NCBI GenBank assembly: GCA_964386805.1 | Contig: CAYLUJ010000001.1 | Location: forward strand, 1 to 56,849 | DNA from: an uncultured Pelolinea sp. | GTDB lineage: Bacteria > Chloroflexota > Anaerolineae > Anaerolineales > Anaerolineaceae | Length of the DNA stretch: 56,849 nt | Reading direction: 5' to 3' | Shown here: positions 1 to 9,345 of the stretch, one piece after another | Position numbering within the stretch: position 1 is the stretch's first letter | Layout: each line of letters starts with the position of its first letter | Notes under the pieces: generated by a model | Databases searched by the model: none | The model's input: the letters and a program-made list of their open reading frames with translations, nothing else | What the model was told of the DNA's origin: nothing | Program-made: the position numbers and the translations under genes

Positions 1-75
1 TATATCGCATTCAAATTTTTGTTCGCCGTTTTCTTCGAATTTTCTTACCACCTTGTAATTTTTAGACTAAACTGT

Positions 76-102
76 GGGGCTGCCGTGAAAACTGACAGCC
101 CC
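76..102 (-). terminator. Weak stem-loop downstream of the PTS EIIC stop; possible terminator
   Basis: 7-bp GC-rich inverted repeat GGGGCTG/CAGCCCC (76-82 / 96-102), about 40 nt past the minus-strand stop at 141. No clean U-tract. Confidence 0.3.
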
Positions 103-140
103 ATAGGTTGCACATACTTTTTTGCTATATTGAACTCTTC

Positions 141-1439
141 TTATTTAGCTTTTGCATCCACTAATTTAGCTTTTTCCTGTTTAAGAGCTTGCGCATCCAA
201 TATTTTTATGAATGGATAATAAACGAGGCAGCTCAAAGCTAATGCGGCTAGGACAAATATACCTAGACTAATTCCACCACCCAATAAAAAGCCTGCAATG
301 GGACCAGGCAAGACCATAATCGTCAAACCCACGCAAGGTATACCAATAATCCCTGCAGTTGCAAGGAAATAGTATGCAAGATATATGATGATAGGCAAGC
401 CTAGGAATGGAAGTAAAAGTATCGGGTTCATAACAATAGGTAATCCATAAACAGTCGGTTCAATAATATTGAACAGACCAGGCACGAGAGATAGCTTACT
501 CTGCGCTTTATACCGTTCACTTTTAGAGAATAGAGCCATATCTACATAAAGACCAAACAAACAACCGGGACCACCCATAAATTGCAGAATCAAGAAGAAA
601 CTGAGAAAGCTGAGAACCCACGGGATAGGTTGACCCATTGCCTTTGCTGTAATATTCTCTATCATTGGTGATTGCAATACAACCATATAGACACTAAGGA
701 CTACCAATGAACCATGAATACCCAACCACCACAGGAAGCAGGCAATTAACATTGCCAGAAGATGTGAAGGCAGGGAATTTCCAAGCCCAACAAGTGGAGC
801 CTGAACAATAGAATATATGAATTGGCTAAAAGAGCCAAAACTGGTGGCATTGAATAAACCACGTATTGCTATAAACGGGATAACTGTTAATAGTGCAGCG
901 GGAATACCTTCAAAGCTCTTAGCGACAAAATCAGGAACTGCTTCTGGTAATTTGATTACAATGTTTTTCTTGACACAAAAAGAATAGAGTGAAGCAGCCG
1001 TCAGTGCCACCACGATAGCGGTAAAAATTCCCTGCGCACTGAACCATGAGGTATTAATAAGAGTACTTCCAGCTTCATCAACCGTAAGTGGTGTAATGAT
1101 CAGAAAGCATAACAAAGCCGCAAAGCCACTTGTAACTCCATCAATCCCTTTCTTATTGCCAAGCACGCGCCCAATGCCAAAGACCATGAATAAGGCGACC
1201 ATGTTGCAGATGGTTACGACTGTACCCAAAAGACTATACAATCCGGTTTTCGTTAAAAAATTCGTCCATGCAGTAATAGGAAAACTATAAATTAACTGCA
1301 AAACGGCGCCTGCCATCAGCACAGGCATGGAATTCATCATACCTTCCATGATGGAACTTACGTAAGTATTGCTTTGAAATTTATTAACAGCAGGTAGGAT
1401 CTTGTTGATAAAACGATCCATTTTTGTTTCTTGCGTCAT
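141..1439 (-). CDS. PTS sugar transporter subunit EIIC, lactose/cellobiose (type 3) family
   Basis: 432-aa polytopic protein. N-terminus (MDRFINKILPAVNKF...YVSSIMEGMM) and overall pattern are typical of CelB/ChbC/LicC-type EIIC. SD AAAGGAGAG upstream of the ATG. Confidence 0.9.
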   Translation of the reverse strand: MTQETKMDRFINKILPAVNKFQSNTYVSSIMEGMMNSMPVLMAGAVLQLIYSFPITAWTNFLTKTGLYSLLGTVVTICNMVALFMVFGIGRVLGNKKGIDGVTSGFAALLCFLIITPLTVDEAGSTLINTSWFSAQGIFTAIVVALTAASLYSFCVKKNIVIKLPEAVPDFVAKSFEGIPAALLTVIPFIAIRGLFNATSFGSFSQFIYSIVQAPLVGLGNSLPSHLLAMLIACFLWWLGIHGSLVVLSVYMVVLQSPMIENITAKAMGQPIPWVLSFLSFFLILQFMGGPGCLFGLYVDMALFSKSERYKAQSKLSLVPGLFNIIEPTVYGLPIVMNPILLLPFLGLPIIIYLAYYFLATAGIIGIPCVGLTIMVLPGPIAGFLLGGGISLGIFVLAALALSCLVYYPFIKILDAQALKQEKAKLVDAKAK

Positions 1440-1854
1440 TATTTTCTCTCCTTTTTAATTTTGCTTATCTGCCATGTTATTAAGCCATACTGAGGAATAT
1501 TTTCTTCTATCATCGCACCGCAGCCTCATTATCTCTGTTCCCACAGCAAGAAAATCTCAACGCCTATTTCTAGGACTATCTTTTCTACAACTTATCAGCG
1601 GTCTCGACAACATTAAAGCATTTTATAAAGTACAAATAATTTTTCATGGCTTAATTAAAAATGGCACCATTGGAAGCTTATTGCTTACGTGTAAAAATAT
1701 TTTTCTATACTCCTCCTTTTATTCTCAATTTACAGATTTAATTTACCAATCCTCAGACACTCTATCTTTGTTGTAAATACAAGTTGCTGTCATAACGTAA
1801 TGAAATTCGCTTCATGCTTTTATTTCTATGCACATCCAACTTAATTTCTCAGAA

Positions 1855-2169
1855 TCACCTCTCTTTCTCTTTTAATAAATCGATCAGTTCTCTTATCAGA
1901 TCAAGTTCTGAAGTAGTTGTCATCATGGTATCCATGGCATGCGAGACTAATAACTGCTCATTGATGCTTTTAAATTGGCTGTCAATTCCCAACAATTTCA
2001 GATGAATTTGATGGCTGATTGTAATTTTTTCTTCAGCCATCTTCATAAACTTACTGGCATCTGCAAAATTCTTCTTTTTAGCAGCATGCAGAGCATTATA
2101 GCCATCTGCCTTGGCATCACCTGCATAGCTGATCATTTCCATGGCAATAGTTTCTAAAGAGTCACTCAT
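1855..2169 (-). CDS. PTS EIIA, lactose/cellobiose family
   Basis: 104-aa all-helical protein (ISYAGDAKADGYNAL...HAMDTMMTTTSE), typical of EIIA-Lac/Cel. Its ATG overlaps the upstream EIIB stop (TAATG). Confidence 0.85.
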   Translation of the reverse strand: MSDSLETIAMEMISYAGDAKADGYNALHAAKKKNFADASKFMKMAEEKITISHQIHLKLLGIDSQFKSINEQLLVSHAMDTMMTTTSELDLIRELIDLLKEKER

Positions 2170-2477
2170 TATTTCTCTTTATTTTTATATAGTTCAACTG
2201 CTTGAGCATAGATCTCTTCCACCATTGCTCTTCCATACTGAACCATGTCAATAATGCCATAAGGCACATTGGCTTTTTTTGCTTCTTTTTCTATCTCATC
2301 TTTTTTATAACGGAGCTGTGGTCCCACCAGAAGCACATCGTATCCTTCAAGTCCCGGAATAGTATTTCCACCCACACTGCAATCAATAACTGTTCCTTCG
2401 GGAGCTATTTTTTTCATTTTATTTACAATGAGGCTACTTGACATGCCAGCAGCACATACGATTAAAATTTTCAACAT
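2169..2477 (-). CDS. PTS EIIB, lactose/cellobiose family (track ORF trimmed to an internal ATG)
   Basis: MLKILIVCAAGMSSSLIVNKMKK has the EIIB-Cel phospho-cysteine motif (C-x-x-G-x-S-S). GGAGGA lies immediately upstream of the ATG at 2477. The 39-aa N-terminal extension in the track has no family resemblance. Confidence 0.85.
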   Translation of the reverse strand: MLKILIVCAAGMSSSLIVNKMKKIAPEGTVIDCSVGGNTIPGLEGYDVLLVGPQLRYKKDEIEKEAKKANVPYGIIDMVQYGRAMVEEIYAQAVELYKNKEK

Positions 2478-2539
2478 TCCTCCAAATATGTTAATAAATG
2501 TTATTCTTTGTAATTTATTGTGAATATAGCATATTTCTC

Positions 2540-2567
2540 TTGCAATGTCAACGTTTTTATGTATAAT
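2540..2567 (+). promoter_or_regulatory. Candidate sigma-70 promoter for the DeoR regulator gene
   Basis: TTGCAA (2540-2545), 16-nt spacer, TATAAT (2562-2567), about 28 nt before the ATG at 2595. Lies in the divergent region shared with the PTS operon. Confidence 0.4.
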
Positions 2568-2594
2568 AGTGTTAAAACATTCACAAGGTTGCAC

Positions 2595-3350
2595 ATGTTA
2601 CCTATTCAAAGACAGTTAAAAATCAAAGAATTTCTGGTCGAAAAAGGTTTTGCCAGTGTAGAAGAACTAAGCAAGCAATTCGAAGTATCTGAAATGACCA
2701 TTCGCCGAGATCTGGATGAACTTCACGCGCAAGGCATCATCCAGCGTATCTATGGCGGCGCAATGGATAACGACCAGGCGTTCTTTGAAATGTCCGTGGA
2801 TGCGAAAGCAGGAAAATTTACCTCTGAAAAGATAAAAATCGGACGTGCCGCAGCAGACCTAGTGCAAAATGGCGACACCGTCCTCATGGATTCAGGAACC
2901 ACTACTTTGGAGGTTGCGAAGAATCTGAAGGAGAAAAAGATAACCATCATCACAACAGCGCTCAATGTTGCTATTGAACTTTCTCTTTCCCCTGATATCG
3001 ATATTCTTGTGGCAGGTGGAATTCTCCGTAAAGGACCGCTCAATACCACCGGTCCCCAAACTGATGCTTTTATTCGAGAGCTGCATGTCGATAAAGCCTT
3101 CATTGGGGTTGAAGGCGTGGATGTTCAATCCGGCATCAGCGTTCCCGATCCAATCAATGCCCACAACAAACACACCATGATCGAGATCGCCCGTCAGGTG
3201 ATTGTTGTAGCAGATCATTCCAAGCTGGGTCGAACTACTACCAGCAATATTGCTCCACTCGATAAAGTGGACGTGGTGATCACCGATAACGGAGCTGATC
3301 CTGCAATCATTGAGGAACTGCGTCAAAAGACCCAGGTCATCCTGGTGTAG
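2595..3350 (+). CDS. DeoR/GlpR-family transcriptional regulator
   Basis: N-terminal HTH (FASVEELSKQFEVSEMTIRRDLDEL) plus a C-terminal DeoR sugar-phosphate-binding domain (MDSGTTT...ALN...VVADHSK). Start trimmed to the ATG at 2595. Confidence 0.9.
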   Translation: MLPIQRQLKIKEFLVEKGFASVEELSKQFEVSEMTIRRDLDELHAQGIIQRIYGGAMDNDQAFFEMSVDAKAGKFTSEKIKIGRAAADLVQNGDTVLMDSGTTTLEVAKNLKEKKITIITTALNVAIELSLSPDIDILVAGGILRKGPLNTTGPQTDAFIRELHVDKAFIGVEGVDVQSGISVPDPINAHNKHTMIEIARQVIVVADHSKLGRTTTSNIAPLDKVDVVITDNGADPAIIEELRQKTQVILV

Positions 3351-3423
3351 ATAATCTAGGATTGAAACTCCTAAATCAAGTGCAACAGAAAACTTCTAAA
3401 ATGATCAATATTTGGAGAGAGGA

Positions 3424-4092
3424 ATGAAGAAAAAAATCACACTCGGCGCCTCTTTGATGTGCGCCGATTATCTCAATCTGGAACGGGATATCCGGTTGCT
3501 GGAATTGAGCGGGATAGATTATCTCCATTTTGATGTCATGGACGGTCATTTTGTGCCTAATTTTGGTCTGAATCTCGATCTATTGAAAAAAGCTCGCGAA
3601 ATCACCAGTTTACCTATCAATGTCCATTTAATGATTGACAATGCGGCAGATTATATTGATGCATATATTGATGCCGGCTGTAATTCCCTTTCTTTCCATC
3701 AAGAACCAACCTATCATATTCAAGGGCTGCTTCAAAGAATAAAGGACCGCGGTGTAAAAGCAGGCATTGCCCTCAATCCAGCCACATCTCTCAACACATT
3801 GGAATACATCCTTTCCGATCTGGATTTTGTGCTCATCATGACAGTGAATCCTGGCTTTGCTGGTCAAGTTTTGGTTCCTGCCACTCTTGAGAAGATCTCA
3901 AAATTAAAAAAACTCCTTCTAGAAAGCAAACTTGACATTGATATTCAGGTTGACGGAAATGTCAGCTTTGAAAACATCCCCAAAATGATAGCTGCTGGTG
4001 CAACCATGCTGGTCGGGGGAACATCCTCTCTATTTGTGAAGGATATGGACATTGCCGAATCAGCGCAAAAAGTTTTCAGTTTATTGGCATAG
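3424..4092 (+). CDS. Ribulose-phosphate 3-epimerase family protein (Rpe/AlsE-like)
   Basis: MCADYLNLERDI...HFDVMDGHFVPN...HLM...MTVNPGFAGQ...VDGN matches the Rpe TIM-barrel signature. SD GGAGAGAGG precedes the ATG at 3424. Confidence 0.85.
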   Translation: MKKKITLGASLMCADYLNLERDIRLLELSGIDYLHFDVMDGHFVPNFGLNLDLLKKAREITSLPINVHLMIDNAADYIDAYIDAGCNSLSFHQEPTYHIQGLLQRIKDRGVKAGIALNPATSLNTLEYILSDLDFVLIMTVNPGFAGQVLVPATLEKISKLKKLLLESKLDIDIQVDGNVSFENIPKMIAAGATMLVGGTSSLFVKDMDIAESAQKVFSLLA

Positions 4093-4261
4093 AAAATTCT
4101 ATCGAAATCATTCATCTGTAATTCCATTTTTCTATTTTTCCATACTTTCCCGAAATCTAGCTCATAAATAATCTTATGAATGGTTTCATAAAAGATGATG
4201 ATAATATGATATTGAGCAAAGAAATAACATTCAGAAACGAGATTATTTTGAGGAATGGCTA

Positions 4262-5878
4262 ATGGAAAAAATCAAGCGGGAATACGCAAGTTTTATTCAA
4301 ATCAATCTGCCAAGAGTTCTTACCCAGATCGATCGCGATCTTGATTCTCCCACCTATGGCTGCTGTGATCGCAACTATTGGCACTATAAAATAAGAGATT
4401 TTTCCTCAGCCATTCTTCAGCAATCCGGATTGGTACTGGCAAAGTTATATCAAATAGATTTCCCCGGAAATTCTCTCTTCCAAAATCAGCATGCTTTTGA
4501 TATTGCTGTTGCCACTTTGGATTTTTGGAGAAAAATCCAATTAGCGGATGGTTCTTTTAATGAGTATTACCCGCATGAGCATGGCTTTCCACCTACTGCT
4601 TTTTCATTTTATTCAGCCTGTGAAATTTACCGGGGGTTAGGGCTGGAAAACCCGGTTTATCTAAAAGCATTTTCTAAAACCGCCAAATACTTATCCGATC
4701 ATATCGAATCTCAAGCCAGCAACCAGGAGATGGCTTCCATTACTGCGCTATATAGTTATTTCCTCATTGGCAAAAATCAAGAGATTGAAAAAGCGGTTAA
4801 AAGAAAACTTCAACGTTTTTTAGCTACCCAATCTACAGAAGGTTGGTTCCCGGAATATGATGGGGCAGATTTCGGTTATCAAAGTGTATGTCTGGATATG
4901 CTGGCTGAATACTTTCACCTCAGCCGCGATGAACGCGTGCTTGAACCAATGGAAAGAATTGCAGCGTTTCTAAAATGGTTTGTACAGCCTGACGCTACCA
5001 TTGGCGGAGAATATGGGGCACGCAACACCACTTATTTCTTACCCTTCGGTCTTGAACTGCTGGCTTCCAGAGGAAACGCAGATGCTATCGCCATGCGTTC
5101 TGTTATTTTTAAGAATTGCGACCAACCCGATTATTTTCAACATGCCATCGATGACCGCTATTTCACACATTATGTACTGCATTCATTTGTACGGGCGTTT
5201 GAAATTCCAATGGGGAAAGTGAAAACTGAAACCAGCCTGCCCTATCAAGAACCGGGGAATAGGTATTTTTCTGAAAGTGGTCTGCTCAGTAAGACGGAAA
5301 AAAAATATTTCGCCATTTATTCCCTAAAAAAGGGCTGCGTAAAGGTTTTTCGGGGAATGAATATGATATTTTCAGATTTTGGTTACCGCATCGACCTGGG
5401 CAAAAACACAATTGCAGCAACAAACTGGTTGGATAAAGAAAATCAGTATTCATTTGATGAAAATGAGAATTGCGCTATCACCAAAGGAAGATTTACCAAA
5501 GTTCGCGTACGAACATCATCCCCCATAAGCCATATCGGTTTGCGATTGGCATCATCTCTTTTAGGAAATCACTTAATCGGATTTTTAAAAAAGAAAATGA
5601 TTTTCATCGATAGCCATATTGAGGTATGGTTTGAACGAACCATCAGTTTCCAGGAAAATAGCATTGTAATAAAAGATAAGATCCATTCCCTTGAGAATGT
5701 AACTATTAAGAGCGCTCCCTCATTTTCTCTTCGCCATGTGGCTTCCAGTAAATTCTTTTCTGCAGGTGATTTAGCAGAAAGAAAACTTGTTCTTTTAGAG
5801 AACATCAAAAATGCTATGATTGAAATCAATTATGATATAGAAACTGGAAAAACTAGTATTTTCACAACAGGAGATTGA
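4262..5878 (+). CDS. Hypothetical protein (538 aa), family not recognised
   Basis: Long ORF with coding-like composition. Its stop overlaps the next gene's start (ATGA at 5875-5878). The Trp/Tyr-rich helical N-half could be an alpha/alpha toroid, but that is a guess. Confidence 0.6.
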   Translation: MEKIKREYASFIQINLPRVLTQIDRDLDSPTYGCCDRNYWHYKIRDFSSAILQQSGLVLAKLYQIDFPGNSLFQNQHAFDIAVATLDFWRKIQLADGSFNEYYPHEHGFPPTAFSFYSACEIYRGLGLENPVYLKAFSKTAKYLSDHIESQASNQEMASITALYSYFLIGKNQEIEKAVKRKLQRFLATQSTEGWFPEYDGADFGYQSVCLDMLAEYFHLSRDERVLEPMERIAAFLKWFVQPDATIGGEYGARNTTYFLPFGLELLASRGNADAIAMRSVIFKNCDQPDYFQHAIDDRYFTHYVLHSFVRAFEIPMGKVKTETSLPYQEPGNRYFSESGLLSKTEKKYFAIYSLKKGCVKVFRGMNMIFSDFGYRIDLGKNTIAATNWLDKENQYSFDENENCAITKGRFTKVRVRTSSPISHIGLRLASSLLGNHLIGFLKKKMIFIDSHIEVWFERTISFQENSIVIKDKIHSLENVTIKSAPSFSLRHVASSKFFSAGDLAERKLVLLENIKNAMIEINYDIETGKTSIFTTGD

Positions 5879-6525
5879 TGATGGATCTTGACCAGGCAAT
5901 CACGGGTCGACGCAGTATCCGAAAATATTCAGGGCAGATCGTGGACGAAGAAACGCTTGAACAGGTCATTCAAGCCGGTATGTGGGCACCCACGGCTTGT
6001 AATGATCAAGATTGCCGCTTCATTGTCATTAATGACAAAAATAAATTCGATGAGCTCCTTTCTTTTGGAGCTGCTTCTTTTCTAAAGGATGTCCAAACCG
6101 CAATCCTGGTTCTCTACAAAAATACCAGCACCAACCAGGAATATAGAGATTATTATCAAAGCGGTGCAGCCATCATTCAGAATATGCTGCTCAAAGCACA
6201 CTCTTTAGGTCTGGGGAGCTGTTGGGTCTGCAACTTACCCTCGCAGCGAAAAATGCGCCACATTTTTCACATTCCGGCAAACTATGCGGTCATTGCACTG
6301 GTCAGTATCGGGTATCCTGTATCAACTCCCAAACCCGTCAATCGAAAGAACAAGCCAGATAAAGTCATCTGTCTGAATTCATTTGGTTTCGATGAAAGAA
6401 TAGACTTTGCGATAGAAAGGCAAAAATCAATCAAGAGATTTCTTCGCAAAGTGTACTACCGGCTACCCAAAAGTTCATTCCTCAGGAATTTGGCAGAAAA
6501 ATTAGAAAAGAAATTCGTTAATTAA
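5875..6525 (+). CDS. Nitroreductase-family protein
   Basis: RRSIRKYSGQ...AGMWAPTACNDQ...CWVC pattern is typical of FMN nitroreductase-fold proteins. Confidence 0.85.
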   Translation: MMMDLDQAITGRRSIRKYSGQIVDEETLEQVIQAGMWAPTACNDQDCRFIVINDKNKFDELLSFGAASFLKDVQTAILVLYKNTSTNQEYRDYYQSGAAIIQNMLLKAHSLGLGSCWVCNLPSQRKMRHIFHIPANYAVIALVSIGYPVSTPKPVNRKNKPDKVICLNSFGFDERIDFAIERQKSIKRFLRKVYYRLPKSSFLRNLAEKLEKKFVN

Positions 6526-6623
6526 TATTCACTTCTCAATTCTATTTTCAATGAGTTGTATTTATTAATTTCGAGCATCGTGTTTTTCTGAAGATGTAGA
6601 AATAATGAATTTTGGATAGGAAG

Positions 6624-7181
6624 TTATTTCATTCGAAAGACTGCTAATTGATTTAGTCTCAACATAAAGTGGCTGTAGTGATTAAGTTCCATATCACATT
6701 CATCAGCTAACTTTGCCAGCGTTCCATAATTAAATAGCATTTTGTGTTCATGGTCTGCTTCGAGGCTAAATAACCCCAAATGAGCTCCAAGATAATGGAT
6801 CCAACTCGTGAAAGATGTGGGAGTAGTGAGAATAATGGATGATTTATTTGAAGGAACCAGATACGTATGCAGTAAAGTCATGGTAGCAGCGGGATCTACA
6901 AGATGTTCAATAACTGCTAAAAGTACGATCGAGTTAAATTTTTGTTTTGGATCAGGCAACGAAGTGCTGAATTGATATTGGGGGAATTTTCCTTTTGCGT
7001 GGGTAATCGATTGTTCATCAGGATCATAACCCCAATAGGCTTCAGGAGAAAAAAAAGGAGCCAACTCACCCGAACCACATCCGACGTCCAAAACTCGCCC
7101 CTTAATAAAGGGGAAAGCTTTCTGAATCCGAATTTTTCGCAAAGATGGTGAAAAGAGACCTTCACTAATCTGATCAGACAC
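6624..7181 (-). CDS. Class I SAM-dependent methyltransferase
   Basis: Motif I VLDVGCGSGELAPFF, followed by the acidic loop and LLAVIEHL. Confidence 0.8.
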   Translation of the reverse strand: MSDQISEGLFSPSLRKIRIQKAFPFIKGRVLDVGCGSGELAPFFSPEAYWGYDPDEQSITHAKGKFPQYQFSTSLPDPKQKFNSIVLLAVIEHLVDPAATMTLLHTYLVPSNKSSIILTTPTSFTSWIHYLGAHLGLFSLEADHEHKMLFNYGTLAKLADECDMELNHYSHFMLRLNQLAVFRMK

Positions 7182-7340
7182 TGATAATTCCTTTCAAGCT
7201 TATTCTATGTATAAATGATAATAAAATTTACTGATTATATTACCAAAAAACCTTACTCCGTTTTAAAGATGAAGGCATGCAAAGGAATTACCTGTCCATC
7301 AAAAATAATTTACTTCATTGTAAAATAGATCGATTTACTT

Positions 7341-7838
7341 TTATTCCAAGAACTTCTCGAGTGCACCCAGAGAAACGATCTCACTGATTTCCTCCACAAA
7401 GGCAATGTTTTTGGGAGTAAAACTTGCCAATCCGCCCTTCAGCAGGACGGGGAAAAGGTCTACATCTTTTGCGCCATGATAGGTAGAGAGCACACAAAAT
7501 TCTGCGCAAAACCCGCATAACACTACTGTATCCACATTCATCTTCTTTAATTCTGCCAGCAGAGCGGTCTTATTAAAAGCGTTGCCATAAGTTTTGTGAA
7601 TATGGATATCATCAGGAGTAATTTTTAAGTCATCCGGCAGATCAAAATCAGCTTTTCCAGGGATAAGACCATCATCTTTATTAATATGTTGAATGGAAAT
7701 CACTGGCAATTTTTTCACACGAAAAATTCTAATCGCTTCATTCGCATATTCCACGGCAAGCTTTAATGATTGGGTTGTTTCATCATCAATCGAATAGAAC
7801 TGCTTTTGAATATCGATCACCAATAAAGCTGGTTTCAT
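7341..7838 (-). CDS. Isochorismatase-family cysteine hydrolase
   Basis: KPALLVIDIQKQF...VVLCGFCAEFCVLSTYHGA carries the catalytic D/K/C pattern. SD AAGGAGGA precedes the ATG at 7838; the track ORF begins 8 codons earlier at a TTG. Confidence 0.85.
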   Translation of the reverse strand: MKPALLVIDIQKQFYSIDDETTQSLKLAVEYANEAIRIFRVKKLPVISIQHINKDDGLIPGKADFDLPDDLKITPDDIHIHKTYGNAFNKTALLAELKKMNVDTVVLCGFCAEFCVLSTYHGAKDVDLFPVLLKGGLASFTPKNIAFVEEISEIVSLGALEKFLE

Positions 7839-7965
7839 TGAATCCTCCTTTTCTCTAATCAAAGTATAGGGAGTGTTTTCTCAACACGCAATTGTTCTAT
7901 TGGATTAGTCTTTTATCCCCTCTTAAAAATAAAACCCTCTTCTTCAGAGGGTTCTTTAGGTTTTT

Positions 7966-8679
7966 TTACCATTCTTTCAACATGGCAGATTTCCGTAGAT
8001 CATCCGGCATTAATTCGATGGCATAGCGCAGGGCAGTACGCGGCATTTTTCTCTTATTTTTCATCACAAATTGAAATACCTCATTTTGATGGAGACGGCT
8101 GGATTCTTTCAGCATCCAACCATATCCCTTCTGGACCATATCATCCGCATCAGTTAACAAGATGCTTGCAATTTCAAATATATCCTGTAAATACATCCCT
8201 TTTCGGGCTGGCAGAATCAAGGTAACAGCAGCAGCACGTTTCAACCAGCGTTGATCCGTACGAGCCCAAACCTTCAATTCTTCAATGTTTTGTGGGTATT
8301 TCATGATGAGATCGCCAACAGTATGGTTGCAAAATCCATCACACTTCGCCCAATTATCAATATATTTTTCAATCCAATTCTTAAAAATATAAATATCGCT
8401 GGCTTGAAACTCATTACTTAAATTTGGAAGCCAGCCAGACACGATAAATGCATCTTCACAATAGCCAGTTGAAAGCAATTCCTCACAAAGAGCAAAAATT
8501 TTGTTTTTGCCGAGATGTGTTATTTGCTTCCAGTATTGATTACCGATCTTTCCAACCAACGCGGTATTCACGCCATAGATTTTCACTTCTTCTTTGAAAA
8601 ATCGGTGGGAATTCGTCCTGGTTTTCTCATCGATGTTGTTTTGCAACGTCTGGCGTATTTCTTCAACAATGGCTTCCAT
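7966..8679 (-). CDS. DNA alkylation repair protein (AlkD/AlkC-like HEAT-repeat family)
   Basis: 237 aa with RFFKEEVKIYGV...QRWLKRAAAVTL...MVQKGYGWMLKE, as in the 'DNA alkylation repair enzyme' family. Confidence 0.75.
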   Translation of the reverse strand: MEAIVEEIRQTLQNNIDEKTRTNSHRFFKEEVKIYGVNTALVGKIGNQYWKQITHLGKNKIFALCEELLSTGYCEDAFIVSGWLPNLSNEFQASDIYIFKNWIEKYIDNWAKCDGFCNHTVGDLIMKYPQNIEELKVWARTDQRWLKRAAAVTLILPARKGMYLQDIFEIASILLTDADDMVQKGYGWMLKESSRLHQNEVFQFVMKNKRKMPRTALRYAIELMPDDLRKSAMLKEW

Positions 8680-8694
8680 AATTTTCCTTTATTT

Positions 8695-9153
8695 TTATTT
8701 TAATGGAAAACGAATTTCCGTTTCTGGTTTTATGGAGGGGTCTTCACTTGGATCGTTAAGATAGTACTCATAAGCAACGCCGGTCGGTTCGAACCCCTTT
8801 TGTTTTACGAAATCCGTCAGCGCTTCATAAGCAGGGCCTACTGAATCATAACTGCCAATGTGCAAGGTAATGCCAAATTTCCCGGCAGCGATCTTGCCAG
8901 AACGTATCTTCTCTTTTTCCGGTAAAGTCCGGGCTACCGGAAAGCCGGCTTCCACATCCAGGGCTTTCATGTCCAAATTGTAATATGCCGCAAAAGGCAT
9001 CCCTACTGGCTGTTCACCCAGTTCTTCTAGATACCGCATAATACTTCCATAGGCTTCCCCAAAGAAAGCCGGCAGATTTTCAACCGGGGCAATTGTACGG
9101 ATCGTCAGTACTGGCTGCTCCCTCACTTCGATTATCCTGCAGTCATAACTCAT
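8695..9153 (-). CDS. GyrI-like small-molecule-binding domain protein
   Basis: 152 aa. EQPVLTIRT...FGEAYGSIMRYL...PFAAYYN...LDVEAGFPV is typical of AraC-effector-binding/GyrI-like domains. Confidence 0.75.
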   Translation of the reverse strand: MSYDCRIIEVREQPVLTIRTIAPVENLPAFFGEAYGSIMRYLEELGEQPVGMPFAAYYNLDMKALDVEAGFPVARTLPEKEKIRSGKIAAGKFGITLHIGSYDSVGPAYEALTDFVKQKGFEPTGVAYEYYLNDPSEDPSIKPETEIRFPLK

Positions 9154-9345
9154 TTTCTCCTCCTAAAATAGAACTTTTTTTCTATTTCATTTTATCCTAT
9201 CTTTTTCACACTGTCAATCATAGTTCTTTTTATCATCAAAACCCATTTCACATTGAAAATAAATCATCTGAAATCCTTATACCTCTTCAGAAATCATTTT
9301 CCTCATGTACAATAAATATGAGATTATTTCCTATTTTGGAGGGAA

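Noticed and set aside
1440-1854. Unusually long (415-bp) AT-rich spacer between the EIIA and EIIC genes of the Lac/Cel PTS operon; checked for a small gene, RAT/antiterminator or degraded gene.
   Set aside because: There is no ORF with an SD, no convincing hairpin or terminator, and no repeat. The plus-strand track ORF 1474-1776 has a non-coding-like composition. It is left as an unexplained spacer.
8785-8805. GGTTCGAACCC, a tRNA T-arm-like sequence.
   Set aside because: It lies inside the GyrI-like CDS, with no acceptor, D or anticodon arms around it. I found no tRNA anywhere in the window.
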